Shown piece by piece: positions 28,128 to 38,627 of a stretch of DNA of 64,000 nucleotides. A program made the translations under genes and the position numbers. The stretch lies in contig CANAIR010000002.1 of assembly GCA_947361355.1 (NCBI GenBank), positions 46,976-110,975 of the forward strand, in the 5' to 3' direction. The notes beneath the pieces are model-generated. The model saw only the letters and a program-made list of their open reading frames with translations. It did not search any database and had not been told where the DNA came from. Positions within the stretch are counted from its first letter, which is position 1. Each line of letters starts with the position of its first letter. Origin of the DNA: an uncultured Clostridium sp. (GTDB lineage: Bacteria; Bacillota; Clostridia; TANB77; CAG-465).

Positions 28128-29144
28128 GTGATATTTGGACAGGACATAGGAATTGATTTAGGAACTGCAACAATACTAGTATATGTTAAGGGTAAGGGTA
28201 TAGTATTAAGAGAACCATCAGTAGTTGCAATTGATAAAAATACTAATGAAGTTTTGGCTGTTGGACAAGAGGCTAGAAAAATGCTTGGTAGAACTCCAGG
28301 AAATATTATTGCTTTACGACCTTTAAAAGATGGTGTGATTTCAGACTATACAATTACTGAAAAAATGTTAAAATACTTTATTGGCAAAGTATGTGGTAAA
28401 TTTATTTTATCACCTAGAATTATGATATGTATTCCATCTTGCGTTACAGAAGTTGAAAAAAAAGCTGTAATAGATGCGGCTACTCATGCAGGTGCTAGAA
28501 AAGTATCATTAATAGAAGAACCAATTGCAGCAGCTATTGGAGCAGGTATAGATATAGGTAAACCATATGGAAGTATGATAGTAGATATAGGTGGAGGTAC
28601 AGCTGATATAGCAGTTATTTCGTTAGGTGGTGCTGTAAAGAGTACTTCTTTAAAAGTTGCTGGAGATAAATTTGATGAAGCAATTATAAAATATATAAAG
28701 AAAAATCGTAATGTGATTATAGGTGAAAGGACAGCAGAAGATGTAAAAATCAATATTGGGTGTATGTATCCAAAAACAACACTTGAGACAATGCAAATTA
28801 AAGGAAGAGACTTAACAAGTGGACTTCCAGTTGAGATAGAGCTTACATCTGAAGAAATGTTTGAGGCATTAAAAGAGCCTGCAAATTTGATAGTAGAGGG
28901 AGTACATACTGTTTTAGAAGAGACACCACCAGAACTTTCAGCTGACATTTCGGAAAGAGGTATATATATAACTGGAGGTGGCGGATTAGTCTGGGGGCTT
29001 GATAAACTAATTGAAGAAAGAACTGGTATTCAAGTAATGATAGCAGAAGATGCTGTTTCGTGTGTTGCAATGGGAACAGGAAAAGCTCTAAATCATATAG
29101 AGTTATTAGAAACTGGTAATGCAGTTAAGATTAAAAAGTTTTAA
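28128..29144 (+). CDS. mbl: Rod-shape determining actin homolog MreB/Mbl
   Basis: Actin-fold phosphate motifs (DLGTAT, DIGGGTADIA), about 338 aa, downstream of spoIIID as for B. subtilis mbl. GTG start after GGGAGG. Confidence 0.9.
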   Translation: MIFGQDIGIDLGTATILVYVKGKGIVLREPSVVAIDKNTNEVLAVGQEARKMLGRTPGNIIALRPLKDGVISDYTITEKMLKYFIGKVCGKFILSPRIMICIPSCVTEVEKKAVIDAATHAGARKVSLIEEPIAAAIGAGIDIGKPYGSMIVDIGGGTADIAVISLGGAVKSTSLKVAGDKFDEAIIKYIKKNRNVIIGERTAEDVKINIGCMYPKTTLETMQIKGRDLTSGLPVEIELTSEEMFEALKEPANLIVEGVHTVLEETPPELSADISERGIYITGGGGLVWGLDKLIEERTGIQVMIAEDAVSCVAMGTGKALNHIELLETGNAVKIKKF

Positions 29145-29150
29145 AAACAA

Positions 29151-29191
29151 AATACTCAGATATATTAAAAAGTATATCTGAGTATTTTTTG
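29151..29191. terminator. Bidirectional rho-independent terminator between convergent mbl and ferritin-like genes
   Basis: 14-bp perfect inverted repeat AATACTCAGATATA/TATATCTGAGTATT with T-runs. Confidence 0.65.
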
Positions 29192-29845
29192 TTAATCAGT
29201 AGGCTCGTTAGTATCTTTAGATAACATATTGAATCTATTTTTTCCTACTAAAAAATTAAATTTTCCAGAATGTCCAATTTCGTCTATCATTATTTCCATC
29301 AAAATTGAACTATTTTTTCTATCTGGCATTGCACTCATGATTTTTCTGTATTTATTTGCTGCTTCAATTTCTCCAAATAAGGCTTTTTTTAAATTAGCTA
29401 AATATGAATTTGTAGGTAACACCTCACTTTGTTTTGATTGTGGTAGTGTTATTCCTGTAAGTGAATAATATACATCTCTTAAAAGTCTATTATGTTTCAT
29501 TTCATCATCTCTAATACTCATAATGATTTCTTTATCTTCATCCTCAATTGCTTGGTTAATTAATGCACTATAAAACATTTCATCGTTTAATTCGTCCATT
29601 ACAGAGTTTTTAATCATTTCTAATGCTTCATCAAGTTTATTTTGTTTTATTAAAAAATAATTTTCGGAATTTCTATATTCAGATGAAAAGTTGTCTCTTT
29701 CATAATTTGGTTTTTTAAAATTTGTTGTATAGTATGTAACGTTATCTTGGTTTGAAAATTCCATTGGCTCGTATGTAAATGAGTTATTTGTATTATTTTG
29801 GTACTGTGCTTTATTAAAGTAACTATTTTCATTAAAATATTCCAT
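29192..29845 (-). CDS. Ferritin-like/rubrerythrin-fold domain protein
   Basis: Paired E…ExxH-type helices (…DEMKHNRLL… and …MIDEIGHSGKF…). AAAGGATGA RBS precedes the ATG for MEYFNE. Confidence 0.55.
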   Translation of the reverse strand: MEYFNENSYFNKAQYQNNTNNSFTYEPMEFSNQDNVTYYTTNFKKPNYERDNFSSEYRNSENYFLIKQNKLDEALEMIKNSVMDELNDEMFYSALINQAIEDEDKEIIMSIRDDEMKHNRLLRDVYYSLTGITLPQSKQSEVLPTNSYLANLKKALFGEIEAANKYRKIMSAMPDRKNSSILMEIMIDEIGHSGKFNFLVGKNRFNMLSKDTNEPTD

Positions 29846-30153
29846 AATAATCATCCTTTCATATAATATATATAATATGCAATAATACAAATTATGTTAC
29901 AAATGTTAAAATTCTCTTATATGTATAGTTAATATATAATATGTTTGTAAGTAATTTAATATAAAAATAAAGTTTTAGTAATAAAAATAGATATAGATAT
30001 AAAATATAAAGACTTTAACTAAAATGATGGAATTTAAATAAATATTGTTAATAAAGATAAAAATTATTTTATCTTTATTTTTATGTCTTCACTTTGTGGA
30101 CAAAGAAAAAAAAAAATAGTATAATTAATATGTCAAAAAAGGGGGAAAAAATT

Positions 30154-33100
30154 TTGGATAAACAAGTAAAAGATGTATTTACAAATTTAGCAAATGAAGA
30201 TAATAATTTTTGTAATGCGTATGTATCAGAAATAAAATTCTCTAAGAAATTTAATGCTGTAATACTTAATGCAAAAAGCCAAGAAAATATTTCTCTTTTT
30301 GATATAGAACGATTTGAAAGAAGAGCATGTAAAGAATATGAATTAAATAGTTTTAAAGTTGATTATATATATGATGGAAAAACAAATGAAATTACAAAGA
30401 AAAACATACAAAATATTTTGATGGTTTTAACATCTAAGCAAGATTATACAAAAAGGATATTTGAAAATTGTAATATAGATATAAATTTAGATAATAAATT
30501 TGTTACTATTATGCTTAAACAACAGTATGCAGATTTTCTATCTTTCAAGAAAGTAGATAAATATATTAATAAATGTATAGATGTAGAATATGGTACAGGC
30601 TATACTGTAAAAATTATGGATGATCCAAGTTTAGTAAAGAATGAAAGTGATAAGCCAAAAATGATAAAACTTTGTGATTTACCACAGTCAAAAATAAATG
30701 TAGAACTAGATCAAAATGGCAATCCTGTAAATATGCCAAATGTTACAGTGGGACAGTCTGGAAATGATAAAAAGACTTTTGTTAGACCTAAGCTTACAGA
30801 AGAGGAAAAAGAAGAAAGAAAACTTGCAAAACAACCTCAGCCAGAAAATGTTATATATGGTATAAATATAACTACATCTGATAGAATTAAAATAAAAGAT
30901 ATAAATACAAATTATGATAGAGTTTGTTTTGAGGGGCAAATTTTTGAAAGAGATGAAAGAGAACTAAAAAGTGGAAAAATACTTTTAACTTTAGATGTAA
31001 CTGATTACACAAATACAATAGCTTGTAAAATGTTTTTGGATAAACAAAAATTCGAACAAGTTGATTTAAAATTAAAAAAGGGAAAATATATTTTAGTGCA
31101 AGGAAGACCACAAATTGATACTTTTGCTAAAGAGTTAGGTATAATGGTAAATAATATAAATACTACTGAACAACCAGAAGTAGTATATAGATCAGATGAT
31201 GCAGATAAAAAAAGAGTGGAACTACATTTGCATACTAAAATGAGTGCAATGGATGGTGTTTCATCTGCAACTGATATACTTGAACAAGCGGTTAGATTTG
31301 GCCATAAAGCAATAGCAATTACTGATCATGGCGTAGCACAATCATTTCCAGAAGCTCTACATTTTATAACAGGAAAATTTGGTAAGCTTGTAAAGAAAGA
31401 AAAAGGTTATCCAACAACACAAGAAATATTGGACGCTGCACCTTTAAAAGTAATATATGGGGTTGAAGGTTATTTAACACAAGATGTAGAACCATTTGCA
31501 CCTACTTTTGATACTTACTGTGTATTTGATTTAGAGACAACAGGTTTTAATCCAAAGGTAGAAAAAATTACAGAAATTGCTGTTTGTAAAGTAAGAAATG
31601 GTGAGATTATTGATGAATTTACAACTTTTGTAAATCCAGAAAAACCAATACCAAAGACAGTTCAAGAACTTACGCATATAACTGATGAAATGGTAAAAGA
31701 TGCACCAAAGATATATGAAGTTTTACCAGAATTTTTAGAATTTACAAAAGATTCTATATTAGTTGCACATAATGCTAAATTTGATGTAAGTTTTATAAAA
31801 CATTTTGCTGATGAACAAAAATTAGAATTTAAACCTAGTGTTATGGATACATTAACTATTGCAAGAGAGCTATATCCAACATTTGAAAATCATAAGCTAG
31901 GTACAATTGCACAAAATTTAGGCGTTGAGTTAGAAGGAGCACACAGGGCAATTAATGATACTAGAGCAACTGCAAAAGTTTTTGTACTTATGTTGGAAGA
32001 AGCAAAAAAACATGGGGTAGATCCAATTTGGTATATGTATACAAATATTGATGATGAGGCAAAAAAATTACCATATTTTCATATAATATTGCTTGCTAAA
32101 AATTATGTAGGGCTAAAAAATTTATACAAGTTAATTTCTTATTCGCATATTAAGTATTTTAATAGAAGACCAAGAATTCCAAGATCATTGCTTAATAGAT
32201 ATAAGGAAGGAATTATAATAGGGTCTGCTTGTGAAAGAGGCGAGCTTTATCAAGCAATACTTAATAATGAATCAGAAGAAAAAAAGGAAAATATTGCCAA
32301 ATATTATGACTATTTAGAAATACAACCACTTGGTAATAACCAGTTTTATATAGACCAAGGGAAATTATCATCAAAAGAAGATTTAATAAGAATAAATAAA
32401 GAAATAATAGAATTAGGTGATAAATTAGGAAAACCTGTTGTGGGTACTTGCGATGTTCACTTTCTAAATCCAGATGATGAAATATACAGAAGAATTATAA
32501 TGGCTGGACAAGGTTTTTCAGATGCCGATAAACAAGCACCACTTTATCTTAGAACAACTGAGGAAATGTTAAAAGAGTTTGATTATTTATCACCAGAAAA
32601 AGCTTATGAAATTGTTGTGGAAAATACTAATAAAGTTTCAGATTGGTGCGATAGAATAAGTCCTATATCAGATGAAAAATGTCCACCACATATCGATGGT
32701 TGTGAAAAAACGATTGAAGATATTGCAATGAATAGGGCAAAAGAGCTATATGGTGAAAATCTTCCTACAATAGTAAAAGAAAGACTTGAAAAGGAACTAG
32801 ATTCAATTATAAAAAATGGATTTTCTGTTATGTATATTATTGCCCAAAAATTGGTTTGGAAATCTAATGAAGATGGTTACTTGGTTGGTTCAAGAGGCTC
32901 TGTTGGTTCATCATTTGTTGCAAACATGACAGGTATAACAGAAGTTAACTCTTTAATACCACATTATAGATGTCCAAATTGTAAATTTTCTGATTTTTCA
33001 CCACATGGAGTAAAAAATGGATTTGATTTGCCAGATAAACAGTGTCCAGAGTGTGGAACAACGTTAGAAAAGGATGGAATGGATATACCATTTGAAACGT

Positions 33101-34572
33101 TTCTTGGATTTAATGGAGACAAAGAACCTGATATCGACCTTAACTTTTCTGGTGAATATCAAGCAAAAGCACATAAATATACAGAAGTAATATTTGGTAA
33201 GGGAACAACATATAAAGCTGGGACAATAGGTACAGTTGCAGATAAAACAGCATATGGATTTGTTTTAAAATATCTAGAAGAAAGAAATAAAACAATGTTA
33301 TCACCTGAAATAAATAGAATTTCTAAGGGGTGTACTGGAATAAAAAGAACAAGTGGACAACATCCTGGTGGAATTATAGTTGTACCAAAAGGAAGGGAAA
33401 TATATGAATTTTGTCCTGTGCAGCATCCAGCTGATGATCCAAGATCAGATATAGTTACAACACATTTTGATTATCATTCAATAGACAAAAACTTGTTAAA
33501 ACTTGATATATTAGGTCATGATGATCCTACTGTAATTAGGATGCTTCAAGATATTACAGGGATTGATCCTAAAAAAATTCCACTTGATGATAAAGATACA
33601 ATGTCTATATTTAGTTCAACTGACGCACTTGGTGTAACACAAGAACAAATAAATTCTGAAGTGGGAACTTTTGGAATACCAGAATTTGGTACTAAATTTG
33701 TTAGGGGAATGCTTGTTGATACCAAACCTACTACGTTTGAAGAATTAATTAGAATATCAGGACTTTCTCATGGTACAGATGTGTGGTTAAATAATGCACA
33801 AACGCTTATTGAACAAGGCGTTACTACGCTAAATGAAGCAATCTGTACAAGAGATGATATTATGATTTATTTAATAAATAAAGGATTACCACCAAACTCA
33901 GCATTTAAAATAATGGAGACAGTACGTAAAGGAAAAGCACTAAAAGATCCAGAAAAATGGGCTGAATATAGAGCACTCATGAAAGAGCATGATGTCCCTG
34001 ATTGGTATATTGAATCTTGTGAAAAAATAAAATATATGTTCCCGAAAGCACATGCTGCTGCATATGTAACAATGGCATTTCGTATAGCGTGGTTTAAAGT
34101 TCATAAACCAAAAGCATATTATGCAGCCTTTTTCTCAATTAGGGCAGATGATTTTGATGGAGATTTTATGTTACATGGAAAACAAGTTGTAGTAGATAAA
34201 ATGAAAGAAATAGATCAAATGGGAAATGCAGCTGGAAATAAAGAGAAAAATATGTACCCCATTTTAGAGATTGTCCTTGAAATGTATGAGCGTGGGATAA
34301 ACTTTTTACCAGTTGATATATATAAATCAGATGCTATAAAATTTTTAGTAGAAGAAGATGGAATAAGACCTCCACTTTCTCGTTTAACTGGTTTTGGTGA
34401 AGTTGACGCTGGAAAATTAGTAGAAGCTAGAAAAGAAGAAAGATTTACTTCAATTGAACAAATGGCAAGTAAAGCAAAACTTGGTAAGGTAGCAGTAGAA
34501 ACATTGCAAAAAGCTGGATGCTTAGATGGAATGCCAAGATCAGAACAAATGGATATGTTTGATTTGTTGTAA
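30154..34572 (+). CDS. polC: DNA polymerase III alpha subunit, Gram-positive type (PolC) with PHP, exonuclease and polymerase domains
   Basis: Near-collinear match to B. subtilis PolC (RVELHLHT, exo FDLETTG, GSRGSVGSS, Zn-finger CPNC…CPEC, KAHAAAY). The start is either the TTG at 30154 (GGGGG RBS) or the ATG at 30130; the ORF is open from 30094. Confidence 0.95.
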   Translation: MDKQVKDVFTNLANEDNNFCNAYVSEIKFSKKFNAVILNAKSQENISLFDIERFERRACKEYELNSFKVDYIYDGKTNEITKKNIQNILMVLTSKQDYTKRIFENCNIDINLDNKFVTIMLKQQYADFLSFKKVDKYINKCIDVEYGTGYTVKIMDDPSLVKNESDKPKMIKLCDLPQSKINVELDQNGNPVNMPNVTVGQSGNDKKTFVRPKLTEEEKEERKLAKQPQPENVIYGINITTSDRIKIKDINTNYDRVCFEGQIFERDERELKSGKILLTLDVTDYTNTIACKMFLDKQKFEQVDLKLKKGKYILVQGRPQIDTFAKELGIMVNNINTTEQPEVVYRSDDADKKRVELHLHTKMSAMDGVSSATDILEQAVRFGHKAIAITDHGVAQSFPEALHFITGKFGKLVKKEKGYPTTQEILDAAPLKVIYGVEGYLTQDVEPFAPTFDTYCVFDLETTGFNPKVEKITEIAVCKVRNGEIIDEFTTFVNPEKPIPKTVQELTHITDEMVKDAPKIYEVLPEFLEFTKDSILVAHNAKFDVSFIKHFADEQKLEFKPSVMDTLTIARELYPTFENHKLGTIAQNLGVELEGAHRAINDTRATAKVFVLMLEEAKKHGVDPIWYMYTNIDDEAKKLPYFHIILLAKNYVGLKNLYKLISYSHIKYFNRRPRIPRSLLNRYKEGIIIGSACERGELYQAILNNESEEKKENIAKYYDYLEIQPLGNNQFYIDQGKLSSKEDLIRINKEIIELGDKLGKPVVGTCDVHFLNPDDEIYRRIIMAGQGFSDADKQAPLYLRTTEEMLKEFDYLSPEKAYEIVVENTNKVSDWCDRISPISDEKCPPHIDGCEKTIEDIAMNRAKELYGENLPTIVKERLEKELDSIIKNGFSVMYIIAQKLVWKSNEDGYLVGSRGSVGSSFVANMTGITEVNSLIPHYRCPNCKFSDFSPHGVKNGFDLPDKQCPECGTTLEKDGMDIPFETFLGFNGDKEPDIDLNFSGEYQAKAHKYTEVIFGKGTTYKAGTIGTVADKTAYGFVLKYLEERNKTMLSPEINRISKGCTGIKRTSGQHPGGIIVVPKGREIYEFCPVQHPADDPRSDIVTTHFDYHSIDKNLLKLDILGHDDPTVIRMLQDITGIDPKKIPLDDKDTMSIFSSTDALGVTQEQINSEVGTFGIPEFGTKFVRGMLVDTKPTTFEELIRISGLSHGTDVWLNNAQTLIEQGVTTLNEAICTRDDIMIYLINKGLPPNSAFKIMETVRKGKALKDPEKWAEYRALMKEHDVPDWYIESCEKIKYMFPKAHAAAYVTMAFRIAWFKVHKPKAYYAAFFSIRADDFDGDFMLHGKQVVVDKMKEIDQMGNAAGNKEKNMYPILEIVLEMYERGINFLPVDIYKSDAIKFLVEEDGIRPPLSRLTGFGEVDAGKLVEARKEERFTSIEQMASKAKLGKVAVETLQKAGCLDGMPRSEQMDMFDLL

Positions 34573-34596
34573 TAAAAAAGATAATAAATATAAAAA

Positions 34597-34639
34597 ATAA
34601 GCCTTAAATCATATTTTAGATTTAAGACTTATTTTTTTA
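34597..34639. terminator. Bidirectional rho-independent terminator between convergent polC and the 170-aa ORF
   Basis: AATAAGCCTTAAATC…GATTTAAGACTTATT stem followed by a T-run. Confidence 0.6.
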
Positions 34640-34649
34640 GAGAAGCTAT

Positions 34650-35162
34650 TTATTTACATTCAAGCACATCTCCGATTAAAGTAATTTCTTTTGGAACCAG
34701 CATTGGGATGTAAGGTCCAGACTGATAAAATGAGATTGACGACCCATTAGGATTATATTCTCCATTTTTTAATTTGGAAGCTGTAACATGCCATCCCCTT
34801 TTTCCATTTTGCTTTGAAAATTTTGTCTTTGTAACAATATATTCACCGCAAAATATCGACGTGTTAAACATTTCTTCTTTTAAACTTATATTTAAGCTTT
34901 TTAAGAAGCTGTTAATTTTTTCTTCGGATACACATAACCCATGTGCTAAAAAATCTTTTTTGATGTCATCTCGAAGTTCAATCATATCGGCTGTTTTAGT
35001 AACTGCAGATAAAGAAAAAACTTCGCCAACAGTTATTATCTCGTATGTTTTTCTGTTTGAATTTCTCAAGTTTTTGTACAAATATTTTGCAGGTATTTCT
35101 GTATAAACTTGCATTCCCTTCTCTATTTTAAAAATGTTTCCTCTTTGCAATAATTTTTTCAT
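34650..35162 (-). CDS. Hypothetical cytoplasmic protein (170 aa)
   Basis: ORF with a GGAAAGAGGAT RBS; no domain recognised. Confidence 0.5.
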   Translation of the reverse strand: MKKLLQRGNIFKIEKGMQVYTEIPAKYLYKNLRNSNRKTYEIITVGEVFSLSAVTKTADMIELRDDIKKDFLAHGLCVSEEKINSFLKSLNISLKEEMFNTSIFCGEYIVTKTKFSKQNGKRGWHVTASKLKNGEYNPNGSSISFYQSGPYIPMLVPKEITLIGDVLECK

Positions 35163-35265
35163 GTTTTATCCTCTTTCCTCTTCTTAGTAAAGCATTGGTT
35201 AATAAAGTTTCTTATATATTATATCAAATATTACATAAAAAGTCAACATAATTTAGAAAAATAAC

Positions 35266-35294
35266 TTGACATTTTAAAAAAAATATGTTAATAT
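35266..35294 (+). promoter_or_regulatory. Sigma-A promoter (TTGACA-17-TAATAT) driving a ~190-nt leader upstream of an ABC transporter
   Basis: Consensus -35 with a 17-nt spacer; a second TATAAT lies at 35301. Confidence 0.5.
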
Positions 35295-35435
35295 ATTAGT
35301 ATAATTCAATATAAAAAAAGAGTGTGTATAAACAAAAATGCGAGCTACACAGCCTAGGTAATAGGTACACTTACATGGAGATATTTTCATAAAAGGAGTC
35401 TTTAAAAAAGAAACTTTTTATGAGAATATCTTTTT

Positions 35436-35457
35436 TTGTTATATAAATATATAACAA
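35436..35457. promoter_or_regulatory. Perfect 10-bp inverted repeat TTGTTATATA-AA-TATATAACAA (candidate operator) just upstream of the ABC transporter RBS
   Basis: Read directly from the sequence. Lies downstream of a terminator-like hairpin in the leader. Confidence 0.4.
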
Positions 35458-35496
35458 AGATACTCTCAAAAATAATTTTTTGAAAGGAAATATTAT

Positions 35497-36477
35497 ATGA
35501 AAACACAGATTTATGCAAAAGATTTAGTAAAGGAATTTGAAGTAAAGGAGAGAAAAAATTTTTTAAGTAGAAAAAGTGTTATAAAATTAAAAGCAGTTGA
35601 TAACATTAATTTAAATATAAATGAAGGAGAAATAGTAGCATTTATTGGACCAAATGGAGCTGGAAAGTCGACAACTATAAAAATGTTTACTGGTATAATA
35701 CATCCAACTTTTGGAGAAATTTTAATTGAAGGATTATCACCAATTAAGCAAAGAAAAAAACTTGCATATAAAATTGGATGTATGTTTGGACAAAAATCTC
35801 AGCTATATATGCACTTATCTGTAATTGAAAGTTTTACGTTACTTGGAAGTATATATGATATGTCTAATGAAGAAATTTCGTATCAAATAGAATATATTTC
35901 TAAATTATTTAATATTAAACATTTACTTTATAGGACTGTAAAATCATTATCTTTAGGACAAAGAATGATTTGTGAAATAGCTGGAAGTATAATTCATAAT
36001 CCAAAAATTATTTTTTTGGATGAACCAACTATTGGGTTAGATGTTATTGCTAAGCAAAATGTAAGAGATGTTATAAAAAAATTAAATAAAGAAAAAAATA
36101 CTACTATATTTTTAACAAGTCATGATGTAGGAGATGTAGAAAATATTTGTAATAGATTAGTAATTATAAATAATGGTAAAATTGTAAAAGATGAAAAAAT
36201 TTTGGATTTAAGAAAACAGTATATGAATATAAAAGATATAACAATTTATTTTTCTTCTATTTTAGATAGTAGTAATATACTTTTAAAACTAAATGATGTA
36301 TATCACGAAAATTTTGAAGTTATACAAGATAAATTATATATGAAAGTGGATATATCAAAAAATAATATAGTAGAAGTTATAAATTATTTTTCTAAGCTTG
36401 TAAAAATAGAAGATATACAAATTAAAAGTATAAGTATGGAAGATATAATAACTAAAATATATAAGGAGAAAAAATAA
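35497..36477 (+). CDS. ABC transporter ATP-binding protein (ABC-2 subfamily, C-terminal extension)
   Basis: Walker A GPNGAGKST, signature LSLGQRM, Walker B IFLDEPTIGLD. Confidence 0.9.
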   Translation: MKTQIYAKDLVKEFEVKERKNFLSRKSVIKLKAVDNINLNINEGEIVAFIGPNGAGKSTTIKMFTGIIHPTFGEILIEGLSPIKQRKKLAYKIGCMFGQKSQLYMHLSVIESFTLLGSIYDMSNEEISYQIEYISKLFNIKHLLYRTVKSLSLGQRMICEIAGSIIHNPKIIFLDEPTIGLDVIAKQNVRDVIKKLNKEKNTTIFLTSHDVGDVENICNRLVIINNGKIVKDEKILDLRKQYMNIKDITIYFSSILDSSNILLKLNDVYHENFEVIQDKLYMKVDISKNNIVEVINYFSKLVKIEDIQIKSISMEDIITKIYKEKK

Positions 36478-36478
36478 T

Positions 36479-37249
36479 ATGTGTAAGTATTTTAAAGTTA
36501 TTATATTTAATTTAAAGAGTGAATTAAATTTTAAAGCAGACTTTATTGCATCTTTATTTTCATTTACAATACATGTTTTAGTATTTAATTTTTTATGGGA
36601 TTTTATTTTAGGAAATAAGCTTACTTTCAATTATACTAAAAACCAACTTATTTGGTATGTAATAATAGGAGAATTAATTACATATACAAGTAGTCGAAGT
36701 TATAAGAAGATATCAGATATGATAAAAACTGGTCAAGTAAGTATTATGCTAATAAAACCAATAAACTTTTTAGGATATATTATATGTGAAGAAAGCATAG
36801 CAATTGTAAAATTTATATTTAATTTTATATTTGCTATAATACTTGGAGTATTATTAGCAGGGAATATTAGATTAAATTTTATTAACATTATATATTTTTC
36901 ATTATCAATGTTTTTTAGCACATTTTTACTGACTAGTCTTCAAGTAGTAATAGGAATAAGTGCTTTTATAATAGAAGAAAATAGAGCAATATATAATATA
37001 GTTATAAAATTTATATTACTTCTACTTTTTACTCCGCTTGAATTTTTTTCAAATAAAATTAAAATACTTTTAAAGATGTTACCGACAACATATGTAGTTT
37101 ATCCAACTTCTAAAATATTTGTTAAATTTAATTTTATAGAAGATATTTATTTAATATTAGGACAATTAATATCTATTATTATTATATGGTTTTTAATTAT
37201 AATATTATATAAAAAAGGAGTGAAAAATATAAATGTTAATGGTGGCTAA
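36479..37249 (+). CDS. ABC-2 type transporter permease
   Basis: About 256 aa with 6 predicted TM helices; start is 2 nt after the ATPase stop. Confidence 0.65.
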   Translation: MCKYFKVIIFNLKSELNFKADFIASLFSFTIHVLVFNFLWDFILGNKLTFNYTKNQLIWYVIIGELITYTSSRSYKKISDMIKTGQVSIMLIKPINFLGYIICEESIAIVKFIFNFIFAIILGVLLAGNIRLNFINIIYFSLSMFFSTFLLTSLQVVIGISAFIIEENRAIYNIVIKFILLLLFTPLEFFSNKIKILLKMLPTTYVVYPTSKIFVKFNFIEDIYLILGQLISIIIIWFLIIILYKKGVKNINVNGG

Positions 37250-38033
37250 GAAGAATATGAAATTTTTTGTAGTATCCTTACTTATTAATTTAAAATCTGT
37301 TCTTGTATATAAAACATCATTTTTAGTACAATCAATATTTATGGTAATAAATAATTCATTTTTAGTAATATTTTGGATTAAAATATTTCAGAATGGTAAT
37401 GAAATTACAGCTTTTTCATTTAATGATATATTGTCACTTTGGTCAATATCAGCTTTAGCATATGGTATAACCTATTTCTTTTTTGGTGGAGTATTAAATA
37501 TAAATAGGTATATAATTGATTGTACAATGGATAGTTATATGTTGCAACCAAAATCAATCCTATTAAATATTATACTATCAAAAAGTGATTTTTCAGCTTT
37601 TGGGGATATGCTTTTTGGTATAATCATTATAGTAATTTCACATAAGGAAAATTTATTTGATATTATATTATTAATATTTTTTGGTATATTTGGAAGTATA
37701 TTTTTTCTATCAACGGAAATTATTATGAGATCAATTAGTGTATGGATTGGAGATACTGAAAAATTAAGTGAAAGATATATTCATACTTTGCTAACTAATT
37801 TTTCTGTTTATCCAGAACAAATATTTCCAAAATGGATAAGAGCAATTTTGTATACTATTGTTCCAGCAGGATTACTTTCATATTTACCAATAAATTTATT
37901 AAGTAATTTTAGTATATTAAAAATATCAATATATTTTATATGCGCAATAATATATTTATTTATTGCTATATTTGTTTTTAATCTTGCAATTAGAAATTAT
38001 AATTCAGGAAATTGTTTTAGTCTAAAAATATAA
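37233..38033 (+). CDS. ABC-2 type transporter permease (second subunit)
   Basis: About 266 aa, 6 TM; start overlaps the preceding permease. Confidence 0.65.
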   Translation: MLMVAKKNMKFFVVSLLINLKSVLVYKTSFLVQSIFMVINNSFLVIFWIKIFQNGNEITAFSFNDILSLWSISALAYGITYFFFGGVLNINRYIIDCTMDSYMLQPKSILLNIILSKSDFSAFGDMLFGIIIIVISHKENLFDIILLIFFGIFGSIFFLSTEIIMRSISVWIGDTEKLSERYIHTLLTNFSVYPEQIFPKWIRAILYTIVPAGLLSYLPINLLSNFSILKISIYFICAIIYLFIAIFVFNLAIRNYNSGNCFSLKI

Positions 38034-38126
38034 TAATTTAGTTATTTATGAAAGATTAGTGAAAAAAGCTCTAAACACTTGAAAAATTATTAAAATAGTG
38101 TATAATATAGGTGTGAGGTGAATGCT

Positions 38127-38480
38127 ATGAAATTAGATTTAACAGGGCTTCGTATAGAAGTAACAGATGCTTTTAAAGAATTTACTGAAAGAAAAATTGA
38201 AAAACTATCAAAGTTTTTCGAGCCAGATACTATTTGTCATGTAACATTTACAGATAGGTCAAAAGGTAAACAACATATAGACATTAGAATTGAATACAGA
38301 TCTCGTACTTATATTGCTGAAGAAGAGTGCGAGGATATATACTATGGTTTAGAAGAGGTAATTTCTAAAATTGAGGGTCAAATAAGAAAAGATAAAACTT
38401 TAGCTGAGAAAAAAAGAAAAGAGACTATTAATTCTGAAGAAACAGTTGAAGATATTGAAAATCTTATGGATGAAGAATAG
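38127..38480 (+). CDS. hpf: Ribosome hibernation-promoting factor, short form (YfiA/HPF family)
   Basis: …LTGLRIEVTDAFKEFTERKIEKLSKFF… matches the sigma-54-modulation/HPF fold. GAGGTG RBS precedes the ATG at 38127. Confidence 0.75.
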   Translation: MKLDLTGLRIEVTDAFKEFTERKIEKLSKFFEPDTICHVTFTDRSKGKQHIDIRIEYRSRTYIAEEECEDIYYGLEEVISKIEGQIRKDKTLAEKKRKETINSEETVEDIENLMDEE

Positions 38481-38490
38481 TATTTATAGT

Positions 38491-38523
38491 AGTTCTGCAA
38501 CATATTTTGTTGCAGAATTTTTA
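38491..38523 (+). terminator. Rho-independent terminator after hpf
   Basis: TTCTGCAACA…TGTTGCAGAA stem followed by a T-run. Confidence 0.65.
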
Positions 38524-38627
38524 TATAATAGTATATGTAAGAAAAATGTCAATTTAATTATGTAGAGTTGTTGACATTAAATTTTGTTTATGCTATAATT
38601 ATTTGTATATTGAAGTGAGGTTGAGTC

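Noticed and set aside
28484-29070. Antisense ORFs within mbl (154 aa and 75 aa)
   Set aside because: They are nested opposite a highly conserved MreB-family gene, with no RBS and an atypical composition.
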